From assembly GCA_041661275.1 (NCBI GenBank), contig JBAZUU010000004.1, positions 71,480 through 135,479 of the forward strand: a DNA stretch of 64,000 bases, in the 5' to 3' direction. The translations under genes and the position numbers were made by a program. Below are positions 1 through 10,238 of the stretch, one piece after another. A model generated the notes under the pieces. The model had not been told where the DNA came from and made no database searches. It saw nothing but the letters and a program-made list of their open reading frames with translations. Numbering within the stretch: position 1 is the first letter of the stretch; every line of letters starts with the position of its first letter. This DNA comes from Parcubacteria group bacterium. GTDB lineage: Bacteria > Patescibacteriota > Minisyncoccia > Moranbacterales > UBA2206.

Positions 1-1354
1 ACCAGATCTCCCCAGCCTTCTTTACCAAGGCATCACTACTATTGTTGGCGGAAATTGCGGCTCTTCACTTTCTCCCTTGGCCGACGCCTCAACTATTGAA
101 TCAATTCAAAAATGGATAGATCTGAAAAAGATTAGCGTGGATTGGCTGCGAGAAAAAGAATTTTTTGCATCTTTATCCAAGCGGAAAATTTCTGTCAATT
201 TTGCGACTCTGGTTGGACATGCAACATTGCGAAGGGGGATATTAAAAAATGAATCAAGAAGCCTCAACCGAAAGGAGCTTAATTTTATAAAAAAATTATT
301 GCTAGATTCAATGAAAGAAGGAGCAATGGGAATGTCAACTGGTCTCGTATATACGCATGCAAGAATGGCGTCAAGAGAAGAGATAATAGAATTGGCGGAA
401 GTGGTGGCGAAATCAGGCGGAGTCTACACAACGCATGTTCGAGGAGAAAAGGAGGAACTAATTTCTGCTATTGAAGAAGCGGTCGAGATCGGAGACGCAG
501 CCCGCGTGAAAGTACATATATCACATCTAAAAGCGATGGGAAAGAAAAACTGGCCCAAAATGATTGATGCTCTCGCTATCATTGATAACGCCAAAAAGAA
601 CGGAATTGATATCACCTTTGATGTTTATCCATATACGGCCACAGGATCGGTTCTCTATACCCTCCTTCCTTCTTGGGTAGCCGAAGGAGGAAAGAGAATA
701 ATGATTCATAGACTAAAAGACCCTGTTACTAGGAAAAAAGTGATAACTGAGATGAAAGACAGTGGATTCGACTATGATCAAGTAGAAATTGCCATTTCTC
801 CGCTTAATAAGACTTTGGCGCGAAGAAAAATAACAGAAATTGCCAAGTCCCAGGAAAAGTCTGCGGAAGAGGCGATCATTGATATTTTGATCGCGTCAGA
901 AGGAAGGGTGATAAGTTCTATGGAAGTTCTCTCCGAAGAAAATGTGAAGAAAGCCATAAAGCATCCACTGTCCATAATCTCTACTAATGGATCCGGATAT
1001 TCCGAAGCTCACAGGGAAACAGGAGAGGTGGTCCATCCAAGATGTTTCGGGGCATTCACCAAGGTACTGGAAGATTATGTGAAAAAACAATCTATATTAA
1101 GCTGGGAAGAAGCAATAAAAAAAATGACGTCAATGCCAGCAGAAAAATTCGGTATCAAAAAACGTGGTATTTTAGCTCCAAAGTATTTTGCTGACATTAA
1201 TATTATTGATCCGGAAAAATTGTCCAGTCCTGCTACCAAGGAAAATCCATACCAGTATTCCAAGGGTATTGACGCTATGCTGGTTAATGGTAAAGTGGTT
1301 ATAAGCGACGGGAAGTATACAGGGAGTAGAGAGGGGAAGATTATAAAACGTTAA
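1..1354 (+). CDS. D-aminoacylase / N-acyl-D-amino-acid deacylase (amidohydrolase superfamily), 5' truncated by window edge
   Basis: Frame open from base 2 (PDLPSLLYQGITTIVGGNCGSS); GMSTGLVY, THVRGE, ISHLK, FDVYPY, HPRCFGAF and ADINIIDP motifs. Confidence 0.85.
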   Translation, partial: PDLPSLLYQGITTIVGGNCGSSLSPLADASTIESIQKWIDLKKISVDWLREKEFFASLSKRKISVNFATLVGHATLRRGILKNESRSLNRKELNFIKKLLLDSMKEGAMGMSTGLVYTHARMASREEIIELAEVVAKSGGVYTTHVRGEKEELISAIEEAVEIGDAARVKVHISHLKAMGKKNWPKMIDALAIIDNAKKNGIDITFDVYPYTATGSVLYTLLPSWVAEGGKRIMIHRLKDPVTRKKVITEMKDSGFDYDQVEIAISPLNKTLARRKITEIAKSQEKSAEEAIIDILIASEGRVISSMEVLSEENVKKAIKHPLSIISTNGSGYSEAHRETGEVVHPRCFGAFTKVLEDYVKKQSILSWEEAIKKMTSMPAEKFGIKKRGILAPKYFADINIIDPEKLSSPATKENPYQYSKGIDAMLVNGKVVISDGKYTGSREGKIIKR

Positions 1355-1365
1355 GAACAGGCTTT

Positions 1366-1560
1366 AATAATCAATAACCAAGAAACAAGATACAAACAAA
1401 TCACAAATCCAAAATAACAAATCACAAATAAATTCAAAATTCAAATATCCTAAATCCAAAACCGTTTTGAATTTTAAAAATTGTAATTTGTAATTTATTT
1501 GGAATTTGGTGCTTGTAATTTGGAATTTGTTTGATTATTGCGTCTTGTATCTTGGTTATT
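1366..1560. repeat. AT-rich heptamer-type inverted repeat (A-rich half followed by complementary T-rich half)
   Basis: aatcacaaatccaaaataacaaatcacaaat... mirrored by ttgtaatttgtaatttatttggaatttgg...; outer caagaaacaagatacaa / tcttgtatcttggttatt also resembles 63396-63534. Confidence 0.7.
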
Positions 1561-1567
1561 TTTTTAT

Positions 1568-2968
1568 ATGAAAATAGAAGATCTAAAAAACAAGAAAATA
1601 ACAGTTATGGGTCTCGGTCTTCATGGAGGCGGTGTGGCGATCGCGAAATTTTTGTGCGCGAATGGCGCCGTAGTTACCGTAACAGACATAAAATCCAAAG
1701 AAGAATTGGCGCCGTCAATTGAAAAACTGAAAAATTGCAAAAATATCACCTTTGTTTTTAATGCTCATCGGCCGGAAGATTTTACCAAGGTCGACATGAT
1801 AATCAAAAATCCGGCTGCACCCTGGACCAATAAATATGTAAAAATGGCGCTCGATGCAGGGATTCCGGTAGAAAGTGATTCCAGTTTGTTTTTCAAGTTT
1901 ACAAAAAACGAAATTATCGGCGTGACCGGAACAAAAGGAAAAACTACTACCGCTACCCTTATTTATGAAATTTTAAAAGCGGCCGGAAAATCGGTAATGA
2001 AAGTTGGCATTGGTCAGGTCAGTGTTCTTGATAAAATACCAGAACTCAAAAAAGATACAATTGTTGTTTTTGAGCTTTCTTCCTGGCGGCTGTCAGCTTT
2101 GGGACGACACAAACTGTCTCCTAAGGTTGCTGTTATCACTAATATATATCCAGACCATTTGAATTACTATAAAACAATGGAGGAATATCTGAATGATAAA
2201 AAATATATTTTTAAAAACCAAACTTCCAGCGATTGGTGCGTCATAAATCAGGATGATGCCAAGCTTGATATTTTGGAACCGGAAATAAAATCGCAAATAA
2301 TAAAATTTTCTAAGCAGAAGATTAATTCGGGGAAAACAGTTTATGCCGCGGATGGCGCTATCTATCTCAATAATGGGATAGATGAGAAAAAAATAATTGA
2401 TGTGGCGGATATAAAAATAAAGGGAGCGCATAATCGAGAGAATATTATGGCGGCTATCGCGGCGGTTTCTATATACAATATCGATCCTAAAATCATAAAA
2501 AAGACGATTGCCGAGTTTACGGGAGTTGCTCATAGATTAGAACTAGTCCGTGAACTTAACGGCGTGAAATATATAAACGATACGGCGGCTACCACTCCAG
2601 AATCAGCGATTTTTGGCCTCAATTCGTATTCTGAACCTATCATTCTCATCTGTGGCGGATCGGATAAAAATCTAGATGTGGCGGAATTCGGCGCAGAAAT
2701 AGTGAGAAAAGCCAAGGGAGTAATTTTTTTGAAAGGCGCGGCGACAGAAAAAATAATCGCGGCTATCAAAAATAATCTGCCCGAACTGGAAAAGTTTAAA
2801 TCATTCTCTATTGTTGACTCTATGGCTAAGGCCGTGGAACTGGCTCGATTAGAAGCTGTTTCTGGCGATATTGTCTTGCTTTCTCCTGGCGCCGCTAGTT
2901 TTGGAATGTTTCAAAATGAGTTTGACAGGGGGGACAAGTTTAAAGAAGCGGTAAAAGCGTTAAAATAA
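1568..2968 (+). CDS. murD: UDP-N-acetylmuramoyl-L-alanine--D-glutamate ligase
   Basis: VMGLGLHGGG Rossmann start, GVTGTKGKTTT, FELSSW, PDHLN, HRLE, INDTAAT, LLSPGAASF...F.RG..F. Start moved to ATG 1568. Confidence 0.95.
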   Translation: MKIEDLKNKKITVMGLGLHGGGVAIAKFLCANGAVVTVTDIKSKEELAPSIEKLKNCKNITFVFNAHRPEDFTKVDMIIKNPAAPWTNKYVKMALDAGIPVESDSSLFFKFTKNEIIGVTGTKGKTTTATLIYEILKAAGKSVMKVGIGQVSVLDKIPELKKDTIVVFELSSWRLSALGRHKLSPKVAVITNIYPDHLNYYKTMEEYLNDKKYIFKNQTSSDWCVINQDDAKLDILEPEIKSQIIKFSKQKINSGKTVYAADGAIYLNNGIDEKKIIDVADIKIKGAHNRENIMAAIAAVSIYNIDPKIIKKTIAEFTGVAHRLELVRELNGVKYINDTAATTPESAIFGLNSYSEPIILICGGSDKNLDVAEFGAEIVRKAKGVIFLKGAATEKIIAAIKNNLPELEKFKSFSIVDSMAKAVELARLEAVSGDIVLLSPGAASFGMFQNEFDRGDKFKEAVKALK

Positions 2969-2995
2969 AAAATCCCCAGTGATGGGGATTCTTTT
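2969..2995. terminator. Bidirectional intrinsic terminator between convergent murD and murI
   Basis: aaaaatcccca-gtga-tggggattctttt hairpin with A/T tracts on both sides. Confidence 0.7.
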
Positions 2996-3006
2996 ATCCG
3001 TTTTGT

Positions 3007-3774
3007 TTAAAAAATCTTTTTTTTGATAACAAACTTATTTTTTAGCATACTCCCAAGAGTCGTTTTTATTGAATCTGTTATGTCGGAAAAATAATATACG
3101 TCATTTGCGTTTAATTTCCTTGGCATATTGGCAACTTCTTTAGCTATTTCACGGGCAGAACTTATCAGGTTTACTTTCGGATCGAGGATATCCAAAATTA
3201 TTTCTTCCAAGTAGGGATAGTGCGTGCAACCCAAAACCAAAACATCGACGCTGTCCTTTATATTGTCGAGATATTCCTTAGCGATCAATTTTGTTGCGGC
3301 ATGCTGGATCAATCCTTCTTCCACTAGCGGAACAAATAGCGGACAGGCCTTTTGTATCACTTCTATTTTGGAATTAACTTTTTTTATTTTGTCTCGATAA
3401 ATATTGCTCCTAATCGTTCCTGTTGTTCCAATTATTCCAACTTTATAATTTTTATTTTTTTCGGCTTCTAGCTTTATTTTTTCGATGACAGGATCGATTA
3501 CGTTATAAAATTTTATTTGGGTATATTTATTTTTTAAATGTTCGCTGGCCAGAGCTGAGGCAGTATTGCAGGCAATGATTATTTCTTTTATGCCTTGCTC
3601 GATAAAAAACCGACTTATTTCGTCGGCGTAACTAATTATCGTATCAGCGCTTTTATTTCCCCATGGATAGCGGGCGGTGTCGCCAAAATACATGACGGGA
3701 AATTTCGGATTTATCTTTTTCAATTCCGAAACAACAGAAAGCCCGCCGATACCGCTGTCAAAAATACCAATCAT
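3007..3774 (-). CDS. murI: Glutamate racemase
   Basis: MIGIFDSGIGG, GDTARYPWG, IACNTAS, LGCTHYP. The ORF extension to 3831 overlaps tRNA-Ile, so start set at 3774. Confidence 0.95.
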   Translation of the reverse strand: MIGIFDSGIGGLSVVSELKKINPKFPVMYFGDTARYPWGNKSADTIISYADEISRFFIEQGIKEIIIACNTASALASEHLKNKYTQIKFYNVIDPVIEKIKLEAEKNKNYKVGIIGTTGTIRSNIYRDKIKKVNSKIEVIQKACPLFVPLVEEGLIQHAATKLIAKEYLDNIKDSVDVLVLGCTHYPYLEEIILDILDPKVNLISSAREIAKEVANMPRKLNANDVYYFSDITDSIKTTLGSMLKNKFVIKKKIF

Positions 3775-3795
3775 TTGTTTGAAGATTTTAATTTG

Positions 3796-3869
3796 TGGGC
3801 GTATCTGGACTCGAACCAGAGACCTCGTCATTATCAGTGACGCGCTCTAACCAACTGAGCTATACGCCC
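3796..3869 (-). tRNA. tRNA-Ile(GAU)
   Basis: Reverse complement GGGCGTATAGCTCAGTTGGTTAGAGCGCGTCACT-GAT-AATGACGAGGTCTCTGGTTCGAGTCCAGATACGCCCA folds as a cloverleaf; CCA not encoded. Confidence 0.96.
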
Positions 3870-3874
3870 GAATG

Positions 3875-3947
3875 TGGACTGTGCCGGACTCGAACCGGCC
3901 GCCTCCTGCGTGCAAAGCAGGCGCTCTACCAGATGAGCTAACAGCCC
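3875..3947 (-). tRNA. tRNA-Ala(UGC)
   Basis: Reverse complement GGGCTGTTAGCTCATCTGGTAGAGCGCCTGCTT-TGC-ACGCAGGAGGCGGCCGGTTCGAGTCCGGCACAGTCCA; G3:U70 identity pair present. Confidence 0.96.
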
Positions 3948-4119
3948 GCAAACTATTTAAAAAACAGGCGAGAGGCCTATAAATAGTGTAATCAGGTAAC
4001 TAGAAATTATTATACATCAAATAATAGCCTTGTCCAGCGAAATTTGACACAATTCACAAAATAATATAATATATAGATACACAAAAAAGCCCAGAGGGGC
4101 TTTTAAAAAAGCTCTAAAT

Positions 4120-4305
4120 ATGAATAAAATCATCCATTTTTTGAAGGACGCCAAGACCGAACTGCAAAAGGTCAATTGGCCGACCAAAAAACAAACTATC
4201 AATTATACAGCGGCTGTCATTGCCATCAGTATTGCTATTGCCTTGTTTTTGGGCGCACTGGACTACATTTTCGAAGCTATTTTAAACAAATTTATATTAA
4301 AATAA
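4120..4305 (+). CDS. secE: Preprotein translocase subunit SecE
   Basis: FLKDAKTELQKVNWPTKK plus one TM helix, directly before nusG. Confidence 0.95.
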   Translation: MNKIIHFLKDAKTELQKVNWPTKKQTINYTAAVIAISIAIALFLGALDYIFEAILNKFILK

Positions 4306-4306
4306 T

Positions 4307-4852
4307 ATGGCTAAACAATCCCAACATCACGGGCGAGCGTGGTATGTGCTCCATACATATTCCGGATATGAAGACAATGTGTCACGGAACCTGAAGCAAC
4401 GTATCGAATCGATGGATATGCAAGACCTCATCTTCGATGTAATGGTACCGACGGAAAAGAAAATAAAGATCAAGGCTGGGAAAAGAACAGTTGTTGAAGA
4501 AAAAATTTATCCCGGATATGTCCTGGTTGATATGATCGTCACTGACGCTTCTTGGTATGTAGTACGAAACACTCCAAATGTAACCGGATTTATCGGTCTT
4601 GGAACCACTCCGACGCCGGTTGATCCGCGGGAAATCGAGATGCTCAAAAAACGAATGGGTGTATCCGAACCGAAATATAAGATTGATGTGCAGACAGGTG
4701 ATGCAGTGAAGATCACTGACGGACCATTTAAGGATTTTGACGGAAAAGTTTCAGATGTGGATGAGGAAAAGGGAAGAGTGAAGGTGCTGGTTTCAATATT
4801 TGGAAGAGAGACACCAGTGGAATTAGACTTTTTGCAGATAAATAAAATATAA
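4307..4852 (+). CDS. nusG: Transcription termination/antitermination factor NusG
   Basis: WYVLHTYSGYE, YPGYVLV, VRNTPNVTGF, KOW GPFKDFDG, FGRETPVEL. Confidence 0.98.
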   Translation: MAKQSQHHGRAWYVLHTYSGYEDNVSRNLKQRIESMDMQDLIFDVMVPTEKKIKIKAGKRTVVEEKIYPGYVLVDMIVTDASWYVVRNTPNVTGFIGLGTTPTPVDPREIEMLKKRMGVSEPKYKIDVQTGDAVKITDGPFKDFDGKVSDVDEEKGRVKVLVSIFGRETPVELDFLQINKI

Positions 4853-4860
4853 TTATTTCC

Positions 4861-4952
4861 TACAAAATTACAAAATACATACAAAATTACAAAAGTACAA
4901 AGGCAGATAATATTTCGCAGTTTTGTATTTTTGTAAATTTTTGTATTTTTGT
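4861..4952. repeat. AT-rich tandem/inverted repeat (tacaaaat units and complement)
   Basis: tacaaaattacaaaatacatacaaaattacaaaag ... ttttgtatttttgtaaatttttgtatttttgta. Confidence 0.7.
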
Positions 4953-4964
4953 AGGGTTACGAAC

Positions 4965-5387
4965 ATGGCTAAGAAAGTAAAAACTATAATAAAGTTACAA
5001 ATTCCAGCGGGAAAAGCTAATCCGGCGCCTCCAGTGGGACCAGCCTTGGGTCAGCATGGTTTGAATATCCAGGAATTTTGCACCAAATTCAATGAGCAGA
5101 CTCGGGACAAGGGATCTGACATTATTCCGGCTGAAATTACTGTTTTTGAAGACAGAACTTTCACTTTTATCCTGAAAACTCCTCCGGCATCTGATCTTCT
5201 GCGAAAAGCAGCGGGAGTAGAAAAGGGCGCGGGGAATCCTCTAAAAGACAAAGTGGGAAAAATTTCTAAAGATAAACTGCGAGAAATTGCGGAAAAGAAA
5301 TTACCAGACCTCAATGCTAATGATGTAGAAGGAGCGGAGAAGATCATCGCCGGGACAGCAAGAAGTATGGGGATAAAGATTGAGTAG
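4965..5387 (+). CDS. rplK: 50S ribosomal protein L11
   Basis: [41 protein letters not shown]; start ATG 4965. Confidence 0.98.
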   Translation: MAKKVKTIIKLQIPAGKANPAPPVGPALGQHGLNIQEFCTKFNEQTRDKGSDIIPAEITVFEDRTFTFILKTPPASDLLRKAAGVEKGAGNPLKDKVGKISKDKLREIAEKKLPDLNANDVEGAEKIIAGTARSMGIKIE

Positions 5388-5513
5388 TGTTTGGAAGTTG
5401 GTTTATTGGAAAAAAGAAGATAGTTCAGGAAAACGGAAATAAGAAATAAGATTCCATTTTCTAATTTCTTCTTTCTGGAACCAATTTCTATTTTCTAATT
5501 AACTAATTTCTAA

Positions 5514-5545
5514 GTGGGAGAGCATTACAGCTCGTATGTACCACG
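5514..5545 (+). promoter_or_regulatory. Probable L1 autoregulatory binding site (rplA leader)
   Basis: gtgggag-agc...gct-cgtatgt-accac just before the rplA ATG matches the GUGGGAG...ACCAC kink-turn-like L1 operator pattern. Confidence 0.65.
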
Positions 5546-5552
5546 AAAATAT

Positions 5553-6245
5553 ATGAAACATGGTAAAAAGTATCGAGCGGCCTATGAAAAACTGGATCGC
5601 GAAAAAGTTTACAGTTTAGACGAAGCTGTGAAGTTTATGAAGGAAAACAAGATTGCTAAGTTTGATGAATCAGTGGAAGTGCACATCAGAACTAATGTTG
5701 ATACTAAAAAGGGTGACCAGCAAGTGCGCGGAACGGTCAATTTGCCACACGGAACAGGAAAAAACAAGAAGATCGCGGTGATCACCTCAACTGCTGCCAA
5801 AGAGGCGAAAGAAGCCGGAGCGGACATCGTGGGTGGTGAGGAAATGATCGAGAAGATAAAGAGCGGAAAAATGCTGGCAGGGAAAGAAACCTTTGATATT
5901 TTAGTGGCGACTCCCGAGATGATGCCAAAGCTGGCGCAGGTGGCCAAAATTTTGGGACCGAAAGGCCTGATGCCAAATCCAAAAACTGATACAGTAACGA
6001 CCAAGGTCAAGGAGACAGTGGCGGCGCTCAAAAAAGGAAAAGCGGCTTTCAAAAATGATGACTCGGGGAACATTCATCAGATCGTCGGCAAAGTTTCTTT
6101 TGATGATCAAAAATTAGTTGATAATATTAGAACTTTTGTCGAAGCGGTGGAAAAATCAAAACCATCAGGACTGAAAGGAAGACTTATCAGTAATATTACC
6201 GCCTGCTCAACAATGGGAGTGGGATTGAAAATCAGCGTGAAATAA
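5553..6245 (+). CDS. rplA: 50S ribosomal protein L1
   Basis: KFDESVE, DQQVRGTVNLPHGTGK, LGPKGLMPNPK, STMG; start ATG 5553. Confidence 0.98.
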   Translation: MKHGKKYRAAYEKLDREKVYSLDEAVKFMKENKIAKFDESVEVHIRTNVDTKKGDQQVRGTVNLPHGTGKNKKIAVITSTAAKEAKEAGADIVGGEEMIEKIKSGKMLAGKETFDILVATPEMMPKLAQVAKILGPKGLMPNPKTDTVTTKVKETVAALKKGKAAFKNDDSGNIHQIVGKVSFDDQKLVDNIRTFVEAVEKSKPSGLKGRLISNITACSTMGVGLKISVK

Positions 6246-6334
6246 AACTAGATTTGATTTTTTAGCTGAAATATGCTATAATAGATAAAGCGGGTGAAAT
6301 ACCCGTTTTTATTTATTTTTATAAAAGCAATAAT

Positions 6335-6793
6335 ATGGCTATACGTATAGGAACAAATTTACCCAAAGGAACAGTGGCCGATGGCAAATCTTTAGGTTTT
6401 GATCCAAAGCGCAGTAAATTTATACAGGGACTTCTAAAAGATAAAGACGCAAGAGGAGCATTGGATAAACCTCAAGAAAGAAAACTGGTTTATGATGCTT
6501 TTAAAAGGCAGATGGGCAAAACTCCCAGAAATATAACCAACAGAGATGTGCGGGCTGTATTAGGAGCTTTTGGAACAGGAGAAATTGACCTGAAGGAAAG
6601 GCAGGCATTAGGAAAGGCGCTTCTTGGCAATGGATCATTTGTAAAGAAATATGATACTATTTCCAAAGAAAAGAAAGATTTTCTTTTAGGAAAAAGCAAC
6701 CCTGTAGTCGATCCTCGCAATGGAAGCTTGTCGACGACTAAACCCGGAAGTTCTTCAGGGAAAAGCGTCACTAGACATTCAGGTTTATTCTAA
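6335..6793 (+). CDS. Hypothetical basic protein
   Basis: 152-aa ORF with an upstream tgctataat extended -10 and a downstream hairpin plus T-tract; no family recognised. Confidence 0.6.
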   Translation: MAIRIGTNLPKGTVADGKSLGFDPKRSKFIQGLLKDKDARGALDKPQERKLVYDAFKRQMGKTPRNITNRDVRAVLGAFGTGEIDLKERQALGKALLGNGSFVKKYDTISKEKKDFLLGKSNPVVDPRNGSLSTTKPGSSSGKSVTRHSGLF

Positions 6794-6886
6794 ATTGTAA
6801 AAGCAAAAAAGCGTTAAGAGCGCTTTTTCTATTGACTACCGGCAATACTTTTGATAGGATAATAAGGTGTTTAAAGGATAAATCAC

Positions 6887-7453
6887 ATGGACAAGAGAAA
6901 AATAGTAATAGGTCTCATAGGAGAGAAGGGTGCTGGAAAAGGCACTGTTTCTGATTATCTCATTGAAAAATATAAAGCCATCCACTACGGAACTTCAAAG
7001 ATACTTCGAAGGACGCTAGAGGACTTGCATCTGCCTGTCACGCGAGACAATTTAGTTAAGTTAGCCCTAGTTCTCAAAGAAGGCTATGGTCCATCGGTCA
7101 TCATTGATTCGCTTATCACAGATATGGAAAAGAATGGGTCGGATATCATCATCGCTGACGGAATCAGGATGCATGGCGATGTGGAACCGTTCAAGAAAAA
7201 ATATGGGCCGGATTTTTATCTGGTATATGTGACGGCTGACACGCGCTTGCGTTATGAGCGGACAAAAGCCAGAAAGCAAAACCACGGCGAAGAAAAGACT
7301 TCGTTCCAGGAATTTTTAGAAGAAGAAGCCAAGCTAACGGAAATCTCCATCCATGAAATAGGCAAGCAGGCTGACTTCAAACTTTCCAACAATGGCGCGC
7401 CGGAAGATCTCATCAAGCAAGTAGAGGAAATGCTTAAAGGCATATTGAAATAG
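6887..7453 (+). CDS. P-loop nucleotide kinase (dephospho-CoA kinase / dNMP kinase-like)
   Basis: GLIGEKGAGKGT Walker A, IIADGIR, RYER lid, ADFKLSNNG. Confidence 0.75.
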   Translation: MDKRKIVIGLIGEKGAGKGTVSDYLIEKYKAIHYGTSKILRRTLEDLHLPVTRDNLVKLALVLKEGYGPSVIIDSLITDMEKNGSDIIIADGIRMHGDVEPFKKKYGPDFYLVYVTADTRLRYERTKARKQNHGEEKTSFQEFLEEEAKLTEISIHEIGKQADFKLSNNGAPEDLIKQVEEMLKGILK

Positions 7454-7539
7454 ACCTACAATCCCGTCGCTCGCGAGCGACGGGATTTTTTGACCCCGAT
7501 TTTAATAAATAGTACAATAGAAAAACCTAATATAGCCAT

Positions 7540-8109
7540 ATGAAAATAGTCATTGGGACAGCGGGGGAGATAGCCAGTGGGAAAGAAACTGTGGCACGAT
7601 ATATCATCAAAAAATACGGCGGGTCTTTGTATAGATTTTCCGATTCTCTTCGCGAAATCCTGACCAGGATGCATCTGCCTGCCGACAGATCAAATTATCA
7701 CAAGATTTCCATGGCTTTGCGAGAGTATTTTGGTCAGGATGCACTTTCGCGGATTGTCTATAACGACATTAAAAAAAGCAAAAATAAAATAATTATTCTT
7801 GACGGGATTAGAAGGAAATCAGATACTGAATATTTGAAAGATATTAAAGGGTTTAAACTTATCTTCATTGACGCCAAGATAGAAACAAGACTAGTTAGAT
7901 TAAAAGCAAGAAAAGAAAAGCCCGATGATAAGAATAAGAGCATTGCTAAGTTTAAAAAAGAGCATGAGTCAGAAGTGGAAATAAAAATAAGAAAACTCAA
8001 GAAAATAGCTGATTTTGTGGTTGATAATAATGGTGAAAAAACGAAGCTTTTCCAGCAAATTGATCAAATCATTGATAGGATTTCCAAGAAAAAGAGTAAT
8101 TTGGTATAA
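7540..8109 (+). CDS. P-loop nucleotide kinase, paralog of the preceding gene
   Basis: GTAGEIASGKET, ILDGIRR, ADFVVDNNG; aligns by eye over its full length with 6887..7453. Confidence 0.75.
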   Translation: MKIVIGTAGEIASGKETVARYIIKKYGGSLYRFSDSLREILTRMHLPADRSNYHKISMALREYFGQDALSRIVYNDIKKSKNKIIILDGIRRKSDTEYLKDIKGFKLIFIDAKIETRLVRLKARKEKPDDKNKSIAKFKKEHESEVEIKIRKLKKIADFVVDNNGEKTKLFQQIDQIIDRISKKKSNLV

Positions 8110-8183
8110 TTAGTTTACATTGCGCAACTGGGGATAATTTCAGTTACGCATTATTTTATCTCTAAACACTAACAACAACAAAA

Positions 8184-8705
8184 ATGGCAAAACCGTCCAA
8201 TGCAAAAAAAACCAGACTGAATTGGGATGAATTATTTATGAACATGGCTGTTCTGGCCGCTGAAAGAACCGCCTGTAAATTTGTGAGAGCGGGAGCAGTG
8301 TACGTTGATCACAATCATCGGGTAATTTCCTTGGGTTACAATGGGCCGACTGAAGGGGACTATCATTGCATCGATGTCGGATGCGCCAAAGTGGACGGAG
8401 ATCCGAAAACCAAAAAACTGAAACGATGTCGCGGAGCGCATGCTGAAATGAATGGCATCGCTAACGCGGTTGACACTACCCGACTCCGTGGCGCCACACT
8501 TTATTCTGCTACTTTTCCGTGTTATGACTGTATGAAAGCGCTTAATAACGCGGGAATAAAAGAAATTGTCTACTACACCGAATATAAAAGGATCCAGACC
8601 GGCGGAGAGAAAAAGGAAGAAGAGAATGAGGCTTGGGAGCTGGCCAAAAAACGAAAAATAAAAGTACGGAAATATAAAGGAGAGCTTAATCAAAAAATAA
8701 GTTAA
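8184..8705 (+). CDS. dCMP deaminase (ComEB family)
   Basis: WDELFM, GYNG, HAEMN, PCYDC zinc-deaminase motifs. Confidence 0.9.
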   Translation: MAKPSNAKKTRLNWDELFMNMAVLAAERTACKFVRAGAVYVDHNHRVISLGYNGPTEGDYHCIDVGCAKVDGDPKTKKLKRCRGAHAEMNGIANAVDTTRLRGATLYSATFPCYDCMKALNNAGIKEIVYYTEYKRIQTGGEKKEEENEAWELAKKRKIKVRKYKGELNQKIS

Positions 8706-8723
8706 AAAATCTTTTATAAAACT

Positions 8724-9722
8724 ATGGACAAAAAACATCCGGAATATCAATATTTAGACCTGATGCAAGACATTTTGGATAATGGATCGGATAAAAAACT
8801 GTTTTTCACTCCTGAAGTTCTGAAAGATTATGAAGAAAAAGGCCAAGAACCGCCGGTCATTCGAAGCGTCTTTGGGCGGCAGGCCAGATTTGATATGACC
8901 CAGGGCTTTCCCTTACTTACGACAAAAAAAGTTTTTTGGAAAGGAATTCTTCATGAGCTGCTCTGGTTTTTAAGTGGAAGTTCCAACATAAAATATTTAG
9001 TGGATAATAATGTCCATATTTGGGATGAGTGGGCTTATAAGAGATACAGAAAAAGCGCTATTGAAAAAAATGAGCCCTATATGACACAGGAGGAATTTAT
9101 TTCTAAGATAAAAAATGAACCAGCGGACAGCGAATTTGTGACCAATTGGGGCGACTTGATTGTTGTTTATGGAAAAATGTGGCGTCGTTGGCCAGCTAGC
9201 GATGGTCGAGAAATTGACCAATTAGGCTGGGTAATTCAAGGACTCAAGGACAAACCATTTCGAAAATCGTACGTAGTTTCTGGATGGAATCCTGATTTTA
9301 TCTACGCTATGGCCTCAAGGGGTAATGCCAATGAAGTCCCACCGTTTTGTCATACAACTTTTCAATTCGCAGTTACCGAAGGCAATAAGTTAAATCTTGG
9401 TCTATATCAAAGGAGCGCTGATTTATTTTTAGGTGTCCCGTTTAACATTGCCAGTTACGCTCTTCTTCTTCAAATGGTAGCCCAAGTAACTGGCCTTGAA
9501 GTAGGAGAATTTGTGCATACTTTCGGTGATGTGCATTTGTATTCCAATCACTATGATCAAGTAAGAGAGCAACTTTCCAGAGAACCGAAACCATTGCCGA
9601 CGATAAAAATTAAGCCTGATATAAAAAATATTGATGACTTTAAGTTTGAGGACTTTGAATTGATAAATTATGATCCGCATCCAGCCATCAAGGCGGAGTT
9701 GGCGAATATTGGAGGATTCTAA
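8724..9722 (+). CDS. thyA: Thymidylate synthase
   Basis: [25 protein letters not shown] catalytic Cys, [27 protein letters not shown]. Confidence 0.97.
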   Translation: MDKKHPEYQYLDLMQDILDNGSDKKLFFTPEVLKDYEEKGQEPPVIRSVFGRQARFDMTQGFPLLTTKKVFWKGILHELLWFLSGSSNIKYLVDNNVHIWDEWAYKRYRKSAIEKNEPYMTQEEFISKIKNEPADSEFVTNWGDLIVVYGKMWRRWPASDGREIDQLGWVIQGLKDKPFRKSYVVSGWNPDFIYAMASRGNANEVPPFCHTTFQFAVTEGNKLNLGLYQRSADLFLGVPFNIASYALLLQMVAQVTGLEVGEFVHTFGDVHLYSNHYDQVREQLSREPKPLPTIKIKPDIKNIDDFKFEDFELINYDPHPAIKAELANIGGF

Positions 9723-9731
9723 TGATATTAT

Positions 9732-10232
9732 ATGAAAGTTATTTTGATGATGGCTATTACCATGGACGGGAAGATCGCGCGAGATAGCGATCATTTTCCT
9801 GATTGGACGAGTAGGGAAGACAAAAAACTTTTTGCGCGTGTTTCCAAGGAATATGGCGTGGTTATGATGGGAGAAAGGACTTTCAAAACTTTTCCGTCAC
9901 CACTTCCAAATCGCCTAAATGTAGTTTTTACACTGGAGAAAAATCCTCCGGAAACAGAGGGTGTGAAGTGGGTTTCTGGCGAGCCGGAAAAAGTTTTGAA
10001 AGAATTGGAACAAATGGGATATAAGTCAGCTATCCTTGGAGGGGGAGCCTATCTCAACACCTTGTTCTTGAAAAAAGGCCTGATTGACGAAATAATTGTG
10101 ACAGTTGAGCCAAAAATATTCGGCGCCGGACTTTCGCTTTTTTCGGAAGAAGTGGGTGTGAATCTGAAATTGATAGAAACGGAAAAGATAAATGAAGATT
10201 CTATCGTACTAAAATATAAAGTTATTAAATAA
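9732..10232 (+). CDS. folA: Dihydrofolate reductase family protein
   Basis: MAITMDGKIA, W...ED...F, MGERTF, PLPNRLNVV, ILGG; follows thyA. Confidence 0.8.
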   Translation: MKVILMMAITMDGKIARDSDHFPDWTSREDKKLFARVSKEYGVVMMGERTFKTFPSPLPNRLNVVFTLEKNPPETEGVKWVSGEPEKVLKELEQMGYKSAILGGGAYLNTLFLKKGLIDEIIVTVEPKIFGAGLSLFSEEVGVNLKLIETEKINEDSIVLKYKVIK

Positions 10233-10238
10233 AAAAAT

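Noticed and set aside
3775-3831. N-terminal extensions given by the ORF track (murI, murD, rplK, rplA, ileS, tatD, atpI)
   Set aside because: They overlap tRNAs, repeats or upstream genes; family similarity begins at downstream ATGs.
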